Assembly (NCBI GenBank): GCA_964016885.1
Contig: OZ024743.1
Location: forward strand, 10,540,001-10,604,000
Reading direction: 5' to 3'
Source: Eledone cirrhosa
Lineage: Eukaryota
DNA length: 64,000 nt
Made by a program: the position numbers and the translations under genes. Shown piece by piece: positions 37,730 through 51,924 of this stretch. The notes under the pieces are model-generated. The model did not search any database and was not told the origin of the DNA. It worked only from the letters and a program-made list of their open reading frames with translations. Position 1 is the stretch's first letter; the number at the start of each line of letters is the position of its first letter.

Positions 37730-38510
37730 AGTTTGTGGATGAAGTGATTAGGTTGTAGATGAAGAATGTGTCACAGCATGTCACAGCCCAGATAAGAGAT
37801 TTACCTCCCTTGAATAGGAAAAGAGCAATTCTATCAGTGTGCTTGTTGTCTCCATGATCAAGGCCTATGGTTCAAGTTGTGATGAGAAGCTGGCTGCATC
37901 TAGGCTCCTACTCATTATGTCATTTAGAGCAGCATGTCAGGGGAACTGGTCTGATAGTGGAGGGCAGGGATTTTTCCATCTCTTGCAAGTATATAATCAC
38001 TGTTGGCACAACAATTAGTGCATATAAGTGGAGTTTAGTGCCTTTGTTAATGGAAGATTTCGACCATATAAGCTTCAAGAACTGAAAGACAGTGCTGAAA
38101 GATAATACTTTCCTGAATCTCATTTCTATATCAGTTCTTGAGTTGTAATTTTTAGTGAGGGTACTGCCCAGACACACAGTGTCAATAGACATCAGAATCT
38201 AGTCCTTCACCTGGACTGGAGGTTGTTGTGCCTCCCATATATTTATCTCTTTGGTCTTTTCAATGTTGATTTTAAAACCAACGTTTGAACTGCAGTTGCT
38301 AAGTCTAGTGACTATGTCCTACATTAAAGTAGATGTAGTACTAAGAAGTACCAGATAGTCAGTAAAGTCAAGGTCTGTACTAAGAAGTACCAGACAGTCA
38401 GTAAAGTCAAGGTCTGTGTATTTTTCTTGTCTCCAATTTGAGGCCATTTACTGAATCCTCATGATGAAATAAATTACCAACAAGAACATAAAAGAGGACA
38501 GGACACATCC
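37730..38510 (-). mobile_element. Degraded RTE LINE of a further family
   Basis: Minus strand GCVLSSF.FLLVI, DLDFTD, LKINIEKTK and LKLIWSKSSINKGTKLHLYALIVVPT. Confidence 0.7.
38338..38415. repeat. 39-bp tandem duplication
   Basis: gtactaagaagtaccaga(t/c)agtcagtaaagtcaaggtct occurs twice. Confidence 0.93.
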
Positions 38511-39010
38511 AACATATTACAAAATAATTTTGCTAGACTTGTCAAAGTGTTGTAATTGAATTAATTTAAGCAAATGTTTAAGCAAACTCAGCATATATAT
38601 AGAATGTTATATTCATTAGGGAAGTGAAAGAGAATTCTTAAAACATTCTGAAGCAACATCTGCATTATTAGTGATAGTCAATGATTGAAACATTGTAAAA
38701 GTAACAGTAAAATCACTTCATGGAAACTGACTCGAGTAATCAATAGCAAACATTATTCTTTAATTGGCAACTAAGGTAGTTAAATACATTTGAGACAATG
38801 CATTGATTAATATATAATTGTGTTGAATTTAGAAGAAATGTTGGCAGGATTGTAGTTTTTTTTTTTACTATTTTTAAATGTTCCTGTCAAAGCCAGTTGA
38901 GTAAATTTGGCTGCAATTTGAACTTAGAAATCTTTTGTTAAAACATACAAACTTGCTGATTCTACTTTCTCCCCCCCCCCCCCTCTCTCCCCCCCCCCTC
39001 TCTCTCTCTC

Positions 39011-39053
<43 letters not shown>

Positions 39054-39929
39054 CCCTCTGCCAGAATAACACTTCTTTTTCTAAAGCAAATTCAGTCTAT
39101 GATTTATTAGTTTCTTCTAAGCTCATATAAAGTGATTATTGCGAAATAAGTTTAGCCAATCAAGTCAAGCAGAACGGATATGATAGTTTTCGTATTTGGG
39201 TACCACTCGCAAATTCAATTCCAGTATAGAAATCATTGTAAATTCATCATTCTTCTGGCCAAATTTTATTTTACTGTCTATGTCTCCTCCAAAGTTTCTG
39301 CTCCAGCAAACACCAGCTGCACTTCCTGGTCTACATCCAAGCAGTTCACTTATTACTTCCTTAACGTTTATTACCTTATTCTCTTCTTCAAAGAATACTT
39401 GTAATATTTCGTTTATTCTCAGTGACTTTGGGACTAAAATAACTTTGTAATTCTACAATTGTTCTTAACTGCCGTCATCTGCTTGCTGTCAAAATATATT
39501 CTTATTCAGCATAAATCTGAACAAAAATACCTTCTTGTTTTGTAGTGGTATTGGCTATATACTATGGAATTTTTTAAAACATATTTATAAATTTCAATAA
39601 TAATAGTTATGTTTCTACATTTTCTCATATAAGATACCATGTTTTTAACTTCTTTTAATGTTACATCAAAAGATGTTCATTTTTATATGTAAATATCTCT
39701 TTCCAAACAGAGATATCTAAAGAAATCGTTTTATTTTCAATTTCTAAATCGATTATATTTGTTTTATAATATTCTGAACTATTAGCTTCATCTTCCAAGA
39801 TCAAACATTTTAAACATTTATATATACTCCACTTTTTTACTAGTTGTTCATCAATTGATATCAGGTGTCATATTCTTGGATGCATACATATAACTGGACT
39901 AGCTTGAAATCTTTATATCTAAACTAAGT

Positions 39930-40125
39930 GGTTTCTTGTATAGGCACAAGGCCAGCATATTTGGGGGAGGGGGAAGTCGATTAAATCGATCCCGGTGCAT
40001 GACTGGTACTTTATTTTATCGACCCCATAAGGTGGAAAGGCAAAGTTAACCTCAGATTATAAAGGGCCGCAACTCTATTCTGCAAAGCATGGCGTCTAAC
40101 CCTCTACTGATACAGCCAATCCACC
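39930..40125 (-). mobile_element. SINE family A, long variant
   Basis: Same core as the other copies plus the gggggaagtcgattaaatc segment. Confidence 0.85.
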
Positions 40126-40504
40126 AAATGCTATTTGTTTTCCACCATTAAACCTCTAAAATATATACCATTAAACTTACAATCTTTTAGCTTATGTAGA
40201 ATCTGGTTCAGTAGTAATTATTGGACAACTGATAACACCCAGAGATCAATTCACTTGGAGCATAATAGAGTGATGTGATGTAATGTGTTTGAAGTATTGC
40301 AGAATATGTAAAATACAGTGTATTTTAAAAGGCTACAGCCATTCAGATCAAACATAACTATAATAAATATATTGAAATATCACTTTACAAATATTTTAGT
40401 ATTCCTGGTATTTTGAGTTAAAATAACTCCTTATGGAAGTGTTATGGAACGAGAGTGTGAGAGAGGCATATTGATTCATTATGAGATAAATATAATGAAG
40501 ATGT

Positions 40505-41232
40505 AGTTATCGGTTTCTAAATTTGGTTGAAAGGTAGAGTCAATTAAATCAACACCATTACTTGACTGGTACTTTATTTTATTAACCAATGAAAGGATGA
40601 AATGCCAAATTGACCTAGGCAGGATTCGAACTTAGAACATAAAGAACAAGAACAAATAATCATCATGATCATCGTTTTACGTCCGTTCTTCCACGGTTAG
40701 CATGCGTTAGACGGGTTGTCCTGTTGTGGGCAGTGTCCAGTCGGCTGACCATGCCTTGCTCATATGGGAACTGATTCTGGCTTGATTTCTACAGCTGGAT
40801 GCCCTTCCTAACACCAACCTCATTTACAGTGATAATAGTTTCTAAATTTAGCACTAGGCCAGCAATTTGAAGGGAGGTGGGAAAGTCGATTAAATCGAAC
40901 TCAGTGCATGACTGGTACTTTATTTATCGACCCCATAAGGAAGAAAGGCAAAGCTAACCTTAGTGGGAGTTAAACTCAGAACAAATAATTGTTTCTACTT
41001 TTGGCACAAGGCCAGCAATTACCCAGTGTATTACTGGTACTTTATTTTATTGACCCCGTAAGGATGAAAGGCAAAGTTAACCTCGGCGGGATTTGAACTC
41101 AGAATGGCAAGGGCCGTAACTCTATGCGTCAAAGCATGGCGCCCGACCCTCTACCGATACTGCCAATCCACCGCCCTCAAATAATACAATGGATTTTATG
41201 CAATGTGCTACAAATTCTGCCAATCCACCATC
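40505..41232 (-). mobile_element. Nested cluster: old SINE A split by an RTE-tail element (40661-40830), long SINE A (40832-40981) and short SINE A (40990-41177)
   Basis: caaataat recurs at 40653-40660, 40982-40989 and 41178-41185; the old SINE head resumes at 41186-41232. Confidence 0.8.
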
Positions 41233-42119
41233 ATATTCAAAATAGTTTATCTCTAAATATAATTTGAAACATTGTAATCTTTTTTAACAACATCTCATTA
41301 ATTAAAGTTTTTAGCAAGAAAGTTTTACTTAATGCAAGCCCTCAAAATATTCAGAAACATTTGTCCTTTCAGATACTTGAAAAACAAGAAAAGTTTTCAT
41401 TAAGTTGACTATAAAATCTTAGAAAAATCATTTCCTGGAAACAAAGTGAAAGCTGAGGCTGGCTAATATAAACTGGCATTTCAGAAATGTCTAGATTTTG
41501 TTTAAACATTTCAACTTAAATATTTCAGATTCAGTTTAGCAGAGCTTTACATTGTTTAAATTGTTCTCCAAGTTTGAAATGTTTAATCTCTTTCATTCTA
41601 TCAGTCTGGAGAATGTTTGTAAGTTATGGAAGAACAGTCAAATACAAAAATTTTGTTCATGTTTTAACTTAAGCCATTATTTCTTATAATCTATTCTGTG
41701 CTATGCATCACATTGATCTGTCATATCCACTCTCTCAAGAATCTTTGGAAAATTCTTGTGGCATGCTAGATGAGATGTTGCTAGCTCTTCATTCAAACTT
41801 CTGTTACTTAACATCAGAAAAGTTATACTATGTATTAAAACAATTATATTCTTCTGGAGTCATACCTCTTAAATAAAATTATGTCATCAATACCATCATC
41901 ACCATTTCACATCCATTTCCATTCCAGCACAGATTAAACAGGTTGCCACATACTGAGACTAGACAGGACAAATGATCACATTTTGCTAATACATTCTATT
42001 TGGACATGTTTCTACAACTGGATGCCCTTCATAATGCTAACCACTTTACAGCATGTACTGGGAGCATTTTATCATGACATTTTATAGAGTGTACTGGATA
42101 TATATTATCATGGAATCAC

Positions 42120-43900
42120 CATCATCATCATTTTTATGTCCGTTTTTTTCCACTGACTTCACACACAACAGTCATAGAGTCATCTTTTTGTACACAGGGA
42201 GAAATTTTTTGTTGTCAACAATAGGAGTAGTTCTCTAAACCTCTTCCATCTTATCTTATTCTAGATATTATGCTCTCAGAGCACCCTCCTCTGCTGCTAA
42301 ATAAATCACCTAGATAGCAGAAGCTATCAACCAATTCCTTAGACCCTTCCTATGACTTGAAGATGTTTATATCACTCACGCTCTTTCCCATGATTACTCC
42401 TGAGCATCTTCTACATATAAAGTCTTCTTTCCTGTTAGTCTACCTGTAATCCCACAACATCTCTTTTGTACCAAAGATTTATATTGTGTATACCATGTGG
42501 AGTATATACCTACTCCTTTTCTACATATTGAGCAGAGTCACTTCCCTGAGGAGATCAGGGTTCTAACTTCTTCCCTACTCACTAGAACTTTAGTTTTGGC
42601 TAAGTTTACCATCAGAACCTTTGATTCCAAACTCTGTTTCCATAGAGAGAACTTATTTCATATTTTCTTTTATGTTTTTATGGATTCAGCTATAAAGACC
42701 AAATCATCTGCACAGAGAAGTTCCCATGGACAGCCAGTTTTAAACTCCTCTGTTATGACCAGGCAGCCTATGGTGAACAGCAGTGGGCTAAGAACTGAAC
42801 CCTGATGAACTCTTACCTTGAATTCTTCACTAAATTCTCTTCCTAATCTCCCTTTACTGACAGCTCCTCTACAAGCCATTCTTCTACATCTAATTTCCTT
42901 AAGGACAACCAGATAATGGATTGAAATACTTTGTCAAAGGCTCTTTCTAGATCAACAAAAGCTAAATATAATAGCTTATTCTTGGCTAGAAACTCCTGTA
43001 GTTGCCTCACTAAGAAAAGGGCATCTGTGGTACTTTTCCCAGGCATGAAACCAAACTGCATCTTGTCGAATTTTACACTATCCATAATTAGCTGTGCTAT
43101 AACACTTTATATCATTTTCATTAGTTTTATTCCAATATAGTTGCTTGTTTCTAGAGCATCACCTTTACCCTTGTAGCAATTTATGATTGTACTGCTGCAC
43201 CAGTCATTGGGTATGACTCCGTCTTTTTTATTTTATTGACTATATGGGTTACTAGTATAACTCCTACCCATCCTGATGCTTTTAGCATTTCAGCAACTAT
43301 GTCTCACAGTACCACAGCTTTACCATTCTTCATCTTTTTGATTGCTTCTTTAACCCTATAACTGTCAATCTTAATAACTGGTCCTTCTGTTGGGTAAGTT
43401 GGAGGTAGTTTCTCTACATTGATCAATCTCTCATAGTAACATTTCCAGGCCTTTTTCTTTTGGGAATCAGTGGTGCTAAGTGTACCAGCGTCATTTATAA
43501 CACATTTTCCTCAACAACATCTAGATTTACACTAACACATTGCAATGCAAAACACTTCACATCTCTGGTCCTCATGCCTCAAGGCAAACTTTCTTTTTTC
43601 AGCCTCTCTCCAAGTTATCTGTACCTGTTGTCTACCAGTCACTTGGCTTTAATGGCTCTATCCAATGTGCTGTTCCACCACCAGGTAACCCTCTTTACTC
43701 TAGCCACAAGTCTCATTAGGGATTTGCAATAGGATGTCACATAGGAATTTCTAGTTGTCCTCTAAATTATATGTACCTAGTTCGTCACCCCTCTCATCTA
43801 CTGCATCTTGTAGGGCCTTTGTAAATCATATTTAATTAAAAGGTTCTTTAGCTTCTTTACAAAGTATACTAGGTGCATGCTTTTGTGGATCCAACACTAG
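42120..43900 (-). mobile_element. Degraded RTE LINE (PHD-bearing type)
   Basis: ORF fragments MQFGFMPGKSTTDALFLVRQLQE, VDLERAFD, HQGSVLSPLLF and GCPWELLCADD. Confidence 0.9.
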
Positions 43901-43941
43901 GGAGTCATTTTATCTTCAGTCAGACAGAGAGAAGCAATAAT

Positions 43942-44123
43942 TGTTTCTACTTTTGCACAAGGCCAGCAATTACCCAGTGCATTACTGGTACTTTATTTTA
44001 TCGACCCCGTAAGGATGAAAGGCAAAGTTAACCTCGGCGGGATTTGAACTCAAATCATACAGGGACGTAACCCTATGCTTCAAAGCATGGTGTCTGACTC
44101 TCTACCGATACTGCCAATCCACC
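43942..44123 (-). mobile_element. SINE family A with 11-bp TSD
   Basis: TSD gaagcaataat at 43931-43941 and 44124-44134. Confidence 0.92.
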
Positions 44124-44954
44124 GAAGCAATAATGAAAGCAGAACTATTATATAGCTGCAAATCAAACTTCTTAATCAAGCAGCCATTCCTATGCACATA
44201 TCTACAAATACTGATTGAAATAATGCTGTTAATGAAGATAAAGAAAGACGGAAGGGGAGGGGAGGAGAGAAAACAAAGAATTACAAGCAATGAAAGAGTA
44301 AAACATGAAAGAATAAAAGTATATTAATACTTTACATATACTTGAATATTAAACTCTCAAAGTTTCATTTTTCAAAAAGCGTTGCTATGGTGTTGATTAG
44401 TTTTATGCAAATCAACTGTTGAAACTAAATAAGGAACATTTATTTGAGGAGAAGTGACAGTGACAGCAGATGTAGCATTAGCAGCAGCAGCAGCAAATGA
44501 TAGAGGATGTAGGATTTCTATTAGATAACCTACTCACCATTTAAAACTTCACTTAGAGTAAGACATTAGCTTATTTTTCCTGCTTGTATGCTTAAAGTTC
44601 AAACAGTTTGTGTTCAAATCCTAATCTTTGCTTTATGTCCTTCTCAAGACAGGATTGAGTAAACTGGTCTTTTGACAAAGTATTTAACTTATAGTGTATC
44701 TAGTTCAAAACTTTTATTAATGTTATTTACTTCTACACTTTCTTCAATGTGAAATTGTTTTACAACTGTTGGACTTGTTTTACAACACTAAATTTAACCC
44801 TTGCACTTTGTGTTCATTGTTAATGTTTAGCATCTTTAGTAAATGATTTCTATCTATAGTCCATAGTCTTCGTTGACAAATACTTTGTGAGTAGAATTTT
44901 ATGAATGGAAACTCTGCTAAAGCCCATCACACACACACACAAGCTCCCAAACGA

Positions 44955-45176
44955 TGGTTCCGATGTGAGCACCCTCATAACAGTGCCATCCAGTTCTACT
45001 CTGTAAACATGGTTGGTGTTAGGAAGGACATCCAGCTGTAAAAATCCCAGCCAAATTACAGTTCCATCCGAGCAAGGTACACTGTAGCCAACTGGCGAGA
45101 CTTGTCTCATGACATAGGCAACCCGTCTAACCCATGCAAGCAAGAAAAAAGGGACGTTAAATGGTGATGATGATGA
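44955..45176 (+). mobile_element. RTE 3'UTR/tail short element
   Basis: ggttggtgttaggaaggacatccagctg...acccgtctaacccatgcaagc...(GAT)n. Confidence 0.8.
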
Positions 45177-45211
45177 TATATATATATGTGTGTGTGTGTT
45201 TGTAACACCAA

Positions 45212-46410
45212 CATTATCATTTTTTATGGCCATTTTTCCATGCTTGTATGGGTTAGATGAATCCTCACAAGCAAAGGATCCATTCAATTATCTCTTCCTT
45301 TGTAAACTCCTTTGTGAAGTTAAGAATCCTGAGATCCACTATCACTAATTCTACCTAAGTCTTCCTAAGTCCTTGTTTAACATATCTTCTTGGATGTATT
45401 AGCACTTCTTCACCCAAGCATCATCATCCATATGCATTATGTGTCTATATCAATACATCTGATTCCTCTTACTCTGAGATTTTCTTTCAACTTATTTGTG
45501 CTTCATTATTTATCAGTATTGCACTGGGATAATTGCTGGCCTCGTGCCAAAAGTAGAAACAATTATTTATGCATACTATGCATGCTCAATTCCTTTTTTT
45601 TTAACATTTGCACATCCTCTCTGTTCAATGTTCATATCTCTCTATCATTGCACATGATATACAGACACCATACAATCTACCCGTTCCTTGTAGAGAGCAT
45701 CTCTTCATTGCCAACAGATGTAGTAGCTCCTGAACTATATTTATTCAGTTATCATTCTGGCTGCTATTCATTTGGTACATCCTTCTGTGCAGCTAATTGT
45801 GTTACCTAGGTAACAGAAGCTACCAACTACTTTGATGGAGCCTTTCTTTGGAGAAGAAAACAATTATTTTACTGGCACTCTTACTGCTAACTATCTGCAC
45901 ACATTGACTGCACACAAAATCTCTTTTCTCTGTTAGCATGTTTCTAATACTGCTGCATCTCTTGTGCACCCATAGGTTTCAATGAGTACACTCTATGAAT
46001 GTTCTCCCTATATATTTATTGCATATCAAGCATTACCAATTCTCTGATATCAGCAGGGTCCTCTCTTCTTTCCTACTGTAATCTTTACTAAGCTTATTCT
46101 GAATCCCTTTGTTTCTATATTTTTTCTTTCGAATCTGAAATTTCTACTAAATCTTCCACATATTCAATTATATAATAAATCTTCAGCCTGACAGCCAGTC
46201 TTACAAAGCATTTTTATGATTGATAGAAGTATAATGAACAAGAGTAGTCAAAGATCTCAGCCTTGATGGGGACCAACCAGGAAACCTCACTAAACTTATT
46301 GTCTACACTTACTTTGCATTTCTATACATGGCATGCACTGCTCTCAGAAGCTATTTGTTTTTAGCTACTTTACTTAAAGACCACCAGACGACAGATCAGG
46401 GTTCTGTTTC
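45212..46410 (-). mobile_element. Heavily degraded RTE LINE 3' half
   Basis: Antisense tail at 45212-45260; decayed SFCYLG, HKRCS and HQG motifs; small SINE tail inserted at about 45525-45567. Confidence 0.65.
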
Positions 46411-47804
46411 ATCACAGGAGCTGTTCTATTTATAAGATATTTTTGTACATGAATTATGATTTCTTAGGTAGCTTCAAACTTAAATGGGAAGGAAGTGAGT
46501 TCATACCTTTTAAAATGTATTAACAACAATGTGACTTCAACTAGGAGCTCCAACCAGATTCAGCTTACTACAGCTTACTACTGTCTTTTGTAGTGCTTAC
46601 TTCTTAGGTAATGAATATTAGTAAGTCAAATACACAACAGACTTTATGAGAAAAACATATTTTTCCAATATTCTCCACTGATTAGTTTAAAAGAAAATCA
46701 AATATTCTGCTGCAACAGCACAGTATGTACAAAGATAGTTAAACTGTAATTAATAATTGTATCTACACTGAATGCAGCAAGAGCTGCAGTATAAGCAATA
46801 AATAAGTGGAAAGGCTGTCGGAAGAGTAATAATAACACCATTAATTACAACAAATTACTAAAGCAATACTGTCAACGAAAATTTAGCAGCAAAGAGGCAA
46901 GTGTGTAACAATAATGCAACGAACATTATTAGCTGATTGCATTGTTATAATACGACATATAACAGTAGTAATTCCCTCATAAACAATATGACATTGTTAC
47001 ACTAAATAATGCAAAATTAACATTAAATGAAACAGATGGTCAAAGAATTTTAATTTCCTTAATAATTTCCTCTTTCAACAAGAAAGCAACTTCACAATGA
47101 CATTCTCTAAGTGATCGATCAACTTGTAGACGTTATATTAAAGTAATAATACTCAAAATCTTTTAACAATACTCATACACTATGTTCTAGAAGTATAGTA
47201 GTTTCATGACCCTCCTCCATGTAATTCAGGTTTTTTGCAAGTAGTGGGAATAGGAGAATATTTTAAAATACATTAATATCACATATTAATTGTCTTTAAC
47301 CTGTTTATTAAGACTACCTGTTAAGAATGATTTCAGAAAACTAGTCTCCGAAACTCTTTTCAATTTCTTTTAAATAAAAGTTGCATCTATTCTATTAACA
47401 ATTTCTCTTGAACAAGCACTATTCCCAATTTGCTAGCAAAATTTATAATTGATTGCATTAACCCAGTATTTTCCAATACGTTATTCAGGTGTGAAGAACC
47501 AGTAGCTATAATCTTTTCGACCCCGAAAGACACCCACAGGTTAATATCTGTAGAAACTTTGTGGAGACCTGAGGTATAAGCTGAATGCTTTCAAAAGAAT
47601 AAACCATTTTAAAGACATCCGAAGATGTAGGGGTGTAATGCTCAGCTGCATGTTAGGCTAATTGTTCAACCACTCAATGAAATGTTTTAGTAGAATTATT
47701 TAATTAAAAATATTTACTAGTGAATATTATATAAACTCAAAAATAAAACAAATTAAAATCAATTTCAATGGAATTTTAGTTTATAGTCTTGGTAAAAGAA
47801 ACTA

Positions 47805-48385
47805 ATCATCATCACTGTTTTACATCAATGTTTCCACACTAGCATGGGTTAGACAGGTTATCCTGTTGTGGGCAATGCCAGGTCAGGTGACCATGTCTTG
47901 CTCATACAAAATGATTTTGGCTCGGTTTCTACAGCTGGATGCCCTTCCTAACACCAACCTCATTTTCAGTGAGTACTGGGTGCTTTTTTACCATGGCGCC
48001 TACATGACCACTTTACAGTGTGGACTGGGTGCTTTTTGTCGTGACACTTACACGACCACTTTACAGTGGGAGGGGCAGGGGGGCATATTGTCTATATGCT
48101 TCAGCTTCGGCTTGTACACGTGGGAACTCGGGTCTTCTGTATTATTGCATAACGCCAGAGGTCTCAGTCCTGTCTCATCACTTTTGGGAGGTGTAATTGG
48201 GCAAGGTCAGTTTTTATCACCTCATTCCAGGTCTTCTTGGGTCTCCCCACTCCAAAACTTCCATCGACTTTTAGTGCTCTGCACCTTTTTAGGCAACTTT
48301 TTATGCAACATACGCATCACATGTCCATACAAACGCAATCTCCTCTCCTGCACACAACATTTGATTCCTCTTATGCTTAATACAT
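47805..48385 (-). mobile_element. RTE family-B-like 3' end with UTR modules
   Basis: Antisense of RRLRLYGHVMRM and GRPKKTW, the module array and the (GAT)n tail. Confidence 0.85.
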
Positions 48386-49159
48386 TTAGTCCTGTAAATT
48401 TCCTTTTATGTCAAGTTACTAGAAATTAAATAATTATGCTGGATTATACACATTTATCTGAACTATATATATCAAATTTGAAATGACAAGAATTTGAAGG
48501 CAAACAATTGTGTAAGAAAAGGATTTAATAAATTTGAAAGGAATTGTGAACTGACTTTAATAATTTTAGGAAGAATTAAAATGTACTCAACACAATTTTG
48601 AGGCTTATTATCTTGTCAAAAGGTTGTTGATGGGTTGTAGAAACATATTGTTGATAATCTGGGAAATGTTGCTTTCACAGTTTTCCAATTAATGGTATAA
48701 TTAGATAGTTAATTTAGATATGAGTTTAAATTTAATTAAATCAAGAAGATGAAAATTTAAGTTTTACAACAAAATGCAATGATGAACTGAAAAAAAAAAG
48801 CAAATGCTCTAAGATGAATGCAGTTCACAATGGTAAAACAAGCAAAGAAGACCACTTTTTGCAGATTATTTCTTTTTGTGAGAATACCATAAGAAATTTT
48901 TAACTAAAATTAAAGGCTAAAACATGGGGCATCATATATATAAACAAGTACACATTTTCAGAGATATTCATTGAGCTTAAAAATACATCCTTTTCAAATT
49001 GTAAGATATCAAATACATGTTGATAACATTTGATATATTAGCAATATTTCATATTTGGGAATCAGTGTAATTGACTGACATTTGTTTCAAAGACAGGAAG
49101 CTGATAAAATAAATTAATAAAGGGAGAACATAAGTTCTGTCATGTTTTGATAACATTAT

Positions 49160-49267
49160 TCCGCCGAGGTTAACTTTGCCTTTCATCCTTACAGGGTCGA
49201 TAAAGTAAAGTACCAGTAATGCATTGGGTAATTGCTGGCATTGTGCCAAAAGTAGAAACAATTATTG
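49160..49267 (+). mobile_element. 5'-truncated SINE family A
   Basis: ccgccgaggttaactttgcctttcatcctt...agtagaaacaattatt. Confidence 0.88.
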
Positions 49268-49479
49268 ATATAACCTAACTATTGTTAACATATATACTTT
49301 TTTGCCTGCTTAAATAATAGGGTGATAATTCATGTAGATAAGGCTCCACAATGCCAGAGAATACTCCTCCTCACCATCAAGGCCTGTATCATTGCGATAG
49401 CTGCTGCTGTCTCAGGCTGTTGTTATTTGCTTGATCAAAATCAGAGATCAATGATAGATTTCCAGCATTCATCATGAGA

Positions 49480-49935
49480 AAATTGACAAACTTAAGCCCA
49501 TGACAGGCTCATCATGGGGTGCTGGCACATTCACACTATGTACCAGTTCCCTAGCTTTAACTACAGTGCTGTGGATATGCCTTCCCAGTATGGTGCAGCA
49601 GCTCCCTCACTAAGAAGCTAGACACAACACTGAATGACACCTTAAGGCTCATCACCCAATATTTCCGTCCTTTGCTAACTGGGTTCTCAGGCATTGTTCC
49701 TGCACCCCTTTGTAGAAGTATCATACACATATGTTGGTAACCAAAGCCTCAATAGATACAAATCATCCACACCATGACATGGCTGAAGATTCTAAGCTAC
49801 TACACCAACATTGCTTGATGTCATGCTACCCTTTCTCGTGTGATGCTCCAAAGATGTGAAACTCAGATTTTAACATGCTTCGGAAATGGAGAGATACCTG
49901 ATGACAGACATCTTGACCCTACTAACTGAATGCCA
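49480..49935 (+). mobile_element. Vingi/Ingi-like LINE C-terminal remnant
   Basis: Frameshifted GSSWGA..TL.TSSLAL, HTKKLDTTLNDTLRLIT and SGIVPAPL motifs, as recalled for the Vingi post-RT region. Confidence 0.55.
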
Positions 49936-50565
49936 GCCCTCCCCTCAGTGGTGATGGTGAGGAAGATGATAAAGATGTGGAGGAGGAGGGGTGTTAGCAG
50001 TGGTAGTGGTGGTGGCAGCACTGATGGTGGTGTTGGTGATGATGATGATGGTGGTGATGATGGTGATGGTGAGGAGGGGGGGGGGGGTGAGGTAGCGATA
50101 TTTGAGCTTACTTTTGGGTTTCTGTTCAATCTAGTTTTGGCTGATAAATGCCAGAAACATACACAGCTAATTTAAACTTTTGTTTTTTCCCAAATTTAAA
50201 CTTTTAACACCACAACTGTAACCAAAAGGATGTAATTTATTCCTGTTTTTGTAGCTTCAGAAACAGGGGCTGTATTATACCAAAGAAATACAGCATTTAA
50301 ATTTTTCAAATTATTTACAAGAAACAAAATTGAAGACCTGGTAGTTGAAATTTCAATTCTTGACTGTTGACAGAAATCTCATGAATTGTTCTTTTACAAA
50401 ACCTCTCTCATCTACAAATCTGTATCCATATTAAATCCAACTCTTTTATGTGATCCTGTCTCTAAATGTAGAAATGTACCGCCTTCACATGTTGATATAA
50501 TAACGAAAGATTTAGCTATTACTTGAGGGCCAGATTAAGATACAGGTAACAACCCTGTACCTTAA

Positions 50566-50760
50566 CCCTTTTGTTACAGTCTTTTTAATAATTAGGATGT
50601 ATTTAGTAATATAACTGTCTCATAACTGGAATGGTGGTTTGAACAAATCTTAACAAAGATCTTTAAATAAAAATTTAATGGAAGTATTATAGATAAATAT
50701 AAACACATAAAATAGACATCATTATATTATAGAACCAGGGGTAGTTTTGTGTCAAAAGGT
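50566..50760. mobile_element. TTAA-flanked MITE
   Basis: TTAA-cccttttg...caaaaggt-TTAA. Confidence 0.7.
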
Positions 50761-51924
50761 TTAAAGCTTAAAGCTTCAAATACACTAGATCAATATTCAA
50801 AATTATTTTATATAGATTAAGATTACTATCTAAATAAAACAAAATTACTCTATATAGTAAGACCACTAACTAATACATACTAACATGCCTCAGGTTTCTA
50901 TAACTCCAGTTAGAAGTGATATACTCTCTACCTCATTTCATATTATAGAAACATTATAGTTTTGCTTGCTCATGCTAGAAAATTCCTACAATTGAACTTA
51001 TAACAATGTGATAAGTTATACTAAAAACTTATAACAAACTCTCTACTTTAATACTAAGTAATGATACTGTATTATAAGTTACTGCTTTTATCTTGCTAAC
51101 AAGGTATTCATAGTAACAGCTTAAAAGAACATTTAATTTATATCACTAAAATTAGTAATTACTTATGTGCATGTGAAGTTAATTGAATGTCTGTATACTT
51201 TACGGCAATCTCCATTTCATGCTTTGCTATCAAATGGATCAGATTACTAACTAAGTATTTGTAAAAGAAGGCTCAGGCATTGATGGTAGGAGACACATTG
51301 GCCATTGATCAACAGAAAATAGGTGACTCTCTTATTTCTGATTACTGACTGACTTTGGTCATTTATTGGAATGAGTTATAGGTTTCATTGAGACTCTTCA
51401 TCAATTTTGATACCTTTTTTCTATATAATACTGTGTAATTTTGACCTTCCTAGAAATAAATAACCTTCATATATCTAATAAATTTTCAAAAGATCTTGCT
51501 GAAAGAAAACCCAAGAAAAAAAAATGATGCAATCACAAAGTTCTAAGGTTGATATAACTACTTCACAAACAGAGTCTTAGCTTGTTATATACCCTCTTTA
51601 TGTTCTGTCGTGTGAAAACAACAACAAAGTTTTTTCTTATATTTCTTACTCCCTGGGATTAAGTACAGATTTGTCTGTTATCTAATGTATTTTCATTTAA
51701 AATATAAGATATAATATGAAATACATGCTGTTAACTGTTGATAATAGATTAACATTGCAACATATACAACAAAAACTAAACTGTTACAAAATGCATCTTC
51801 TGAATTTCTGAATTAATAGAATATAGACTTCCAACTAAAAGGATGTGTTCATATTTAATCACTGATATACTGTTCCTGGAAAACCACTGACATTCTCTTC
51901 TCAACACATTTAGCATCAGATCCT

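Noticed and set aside
49863-50175. Pro-rich and Gly/Asp-rich ORFs
   Set aside because: Translation of (GGT)/(GAT) microsatellite-like sequence.
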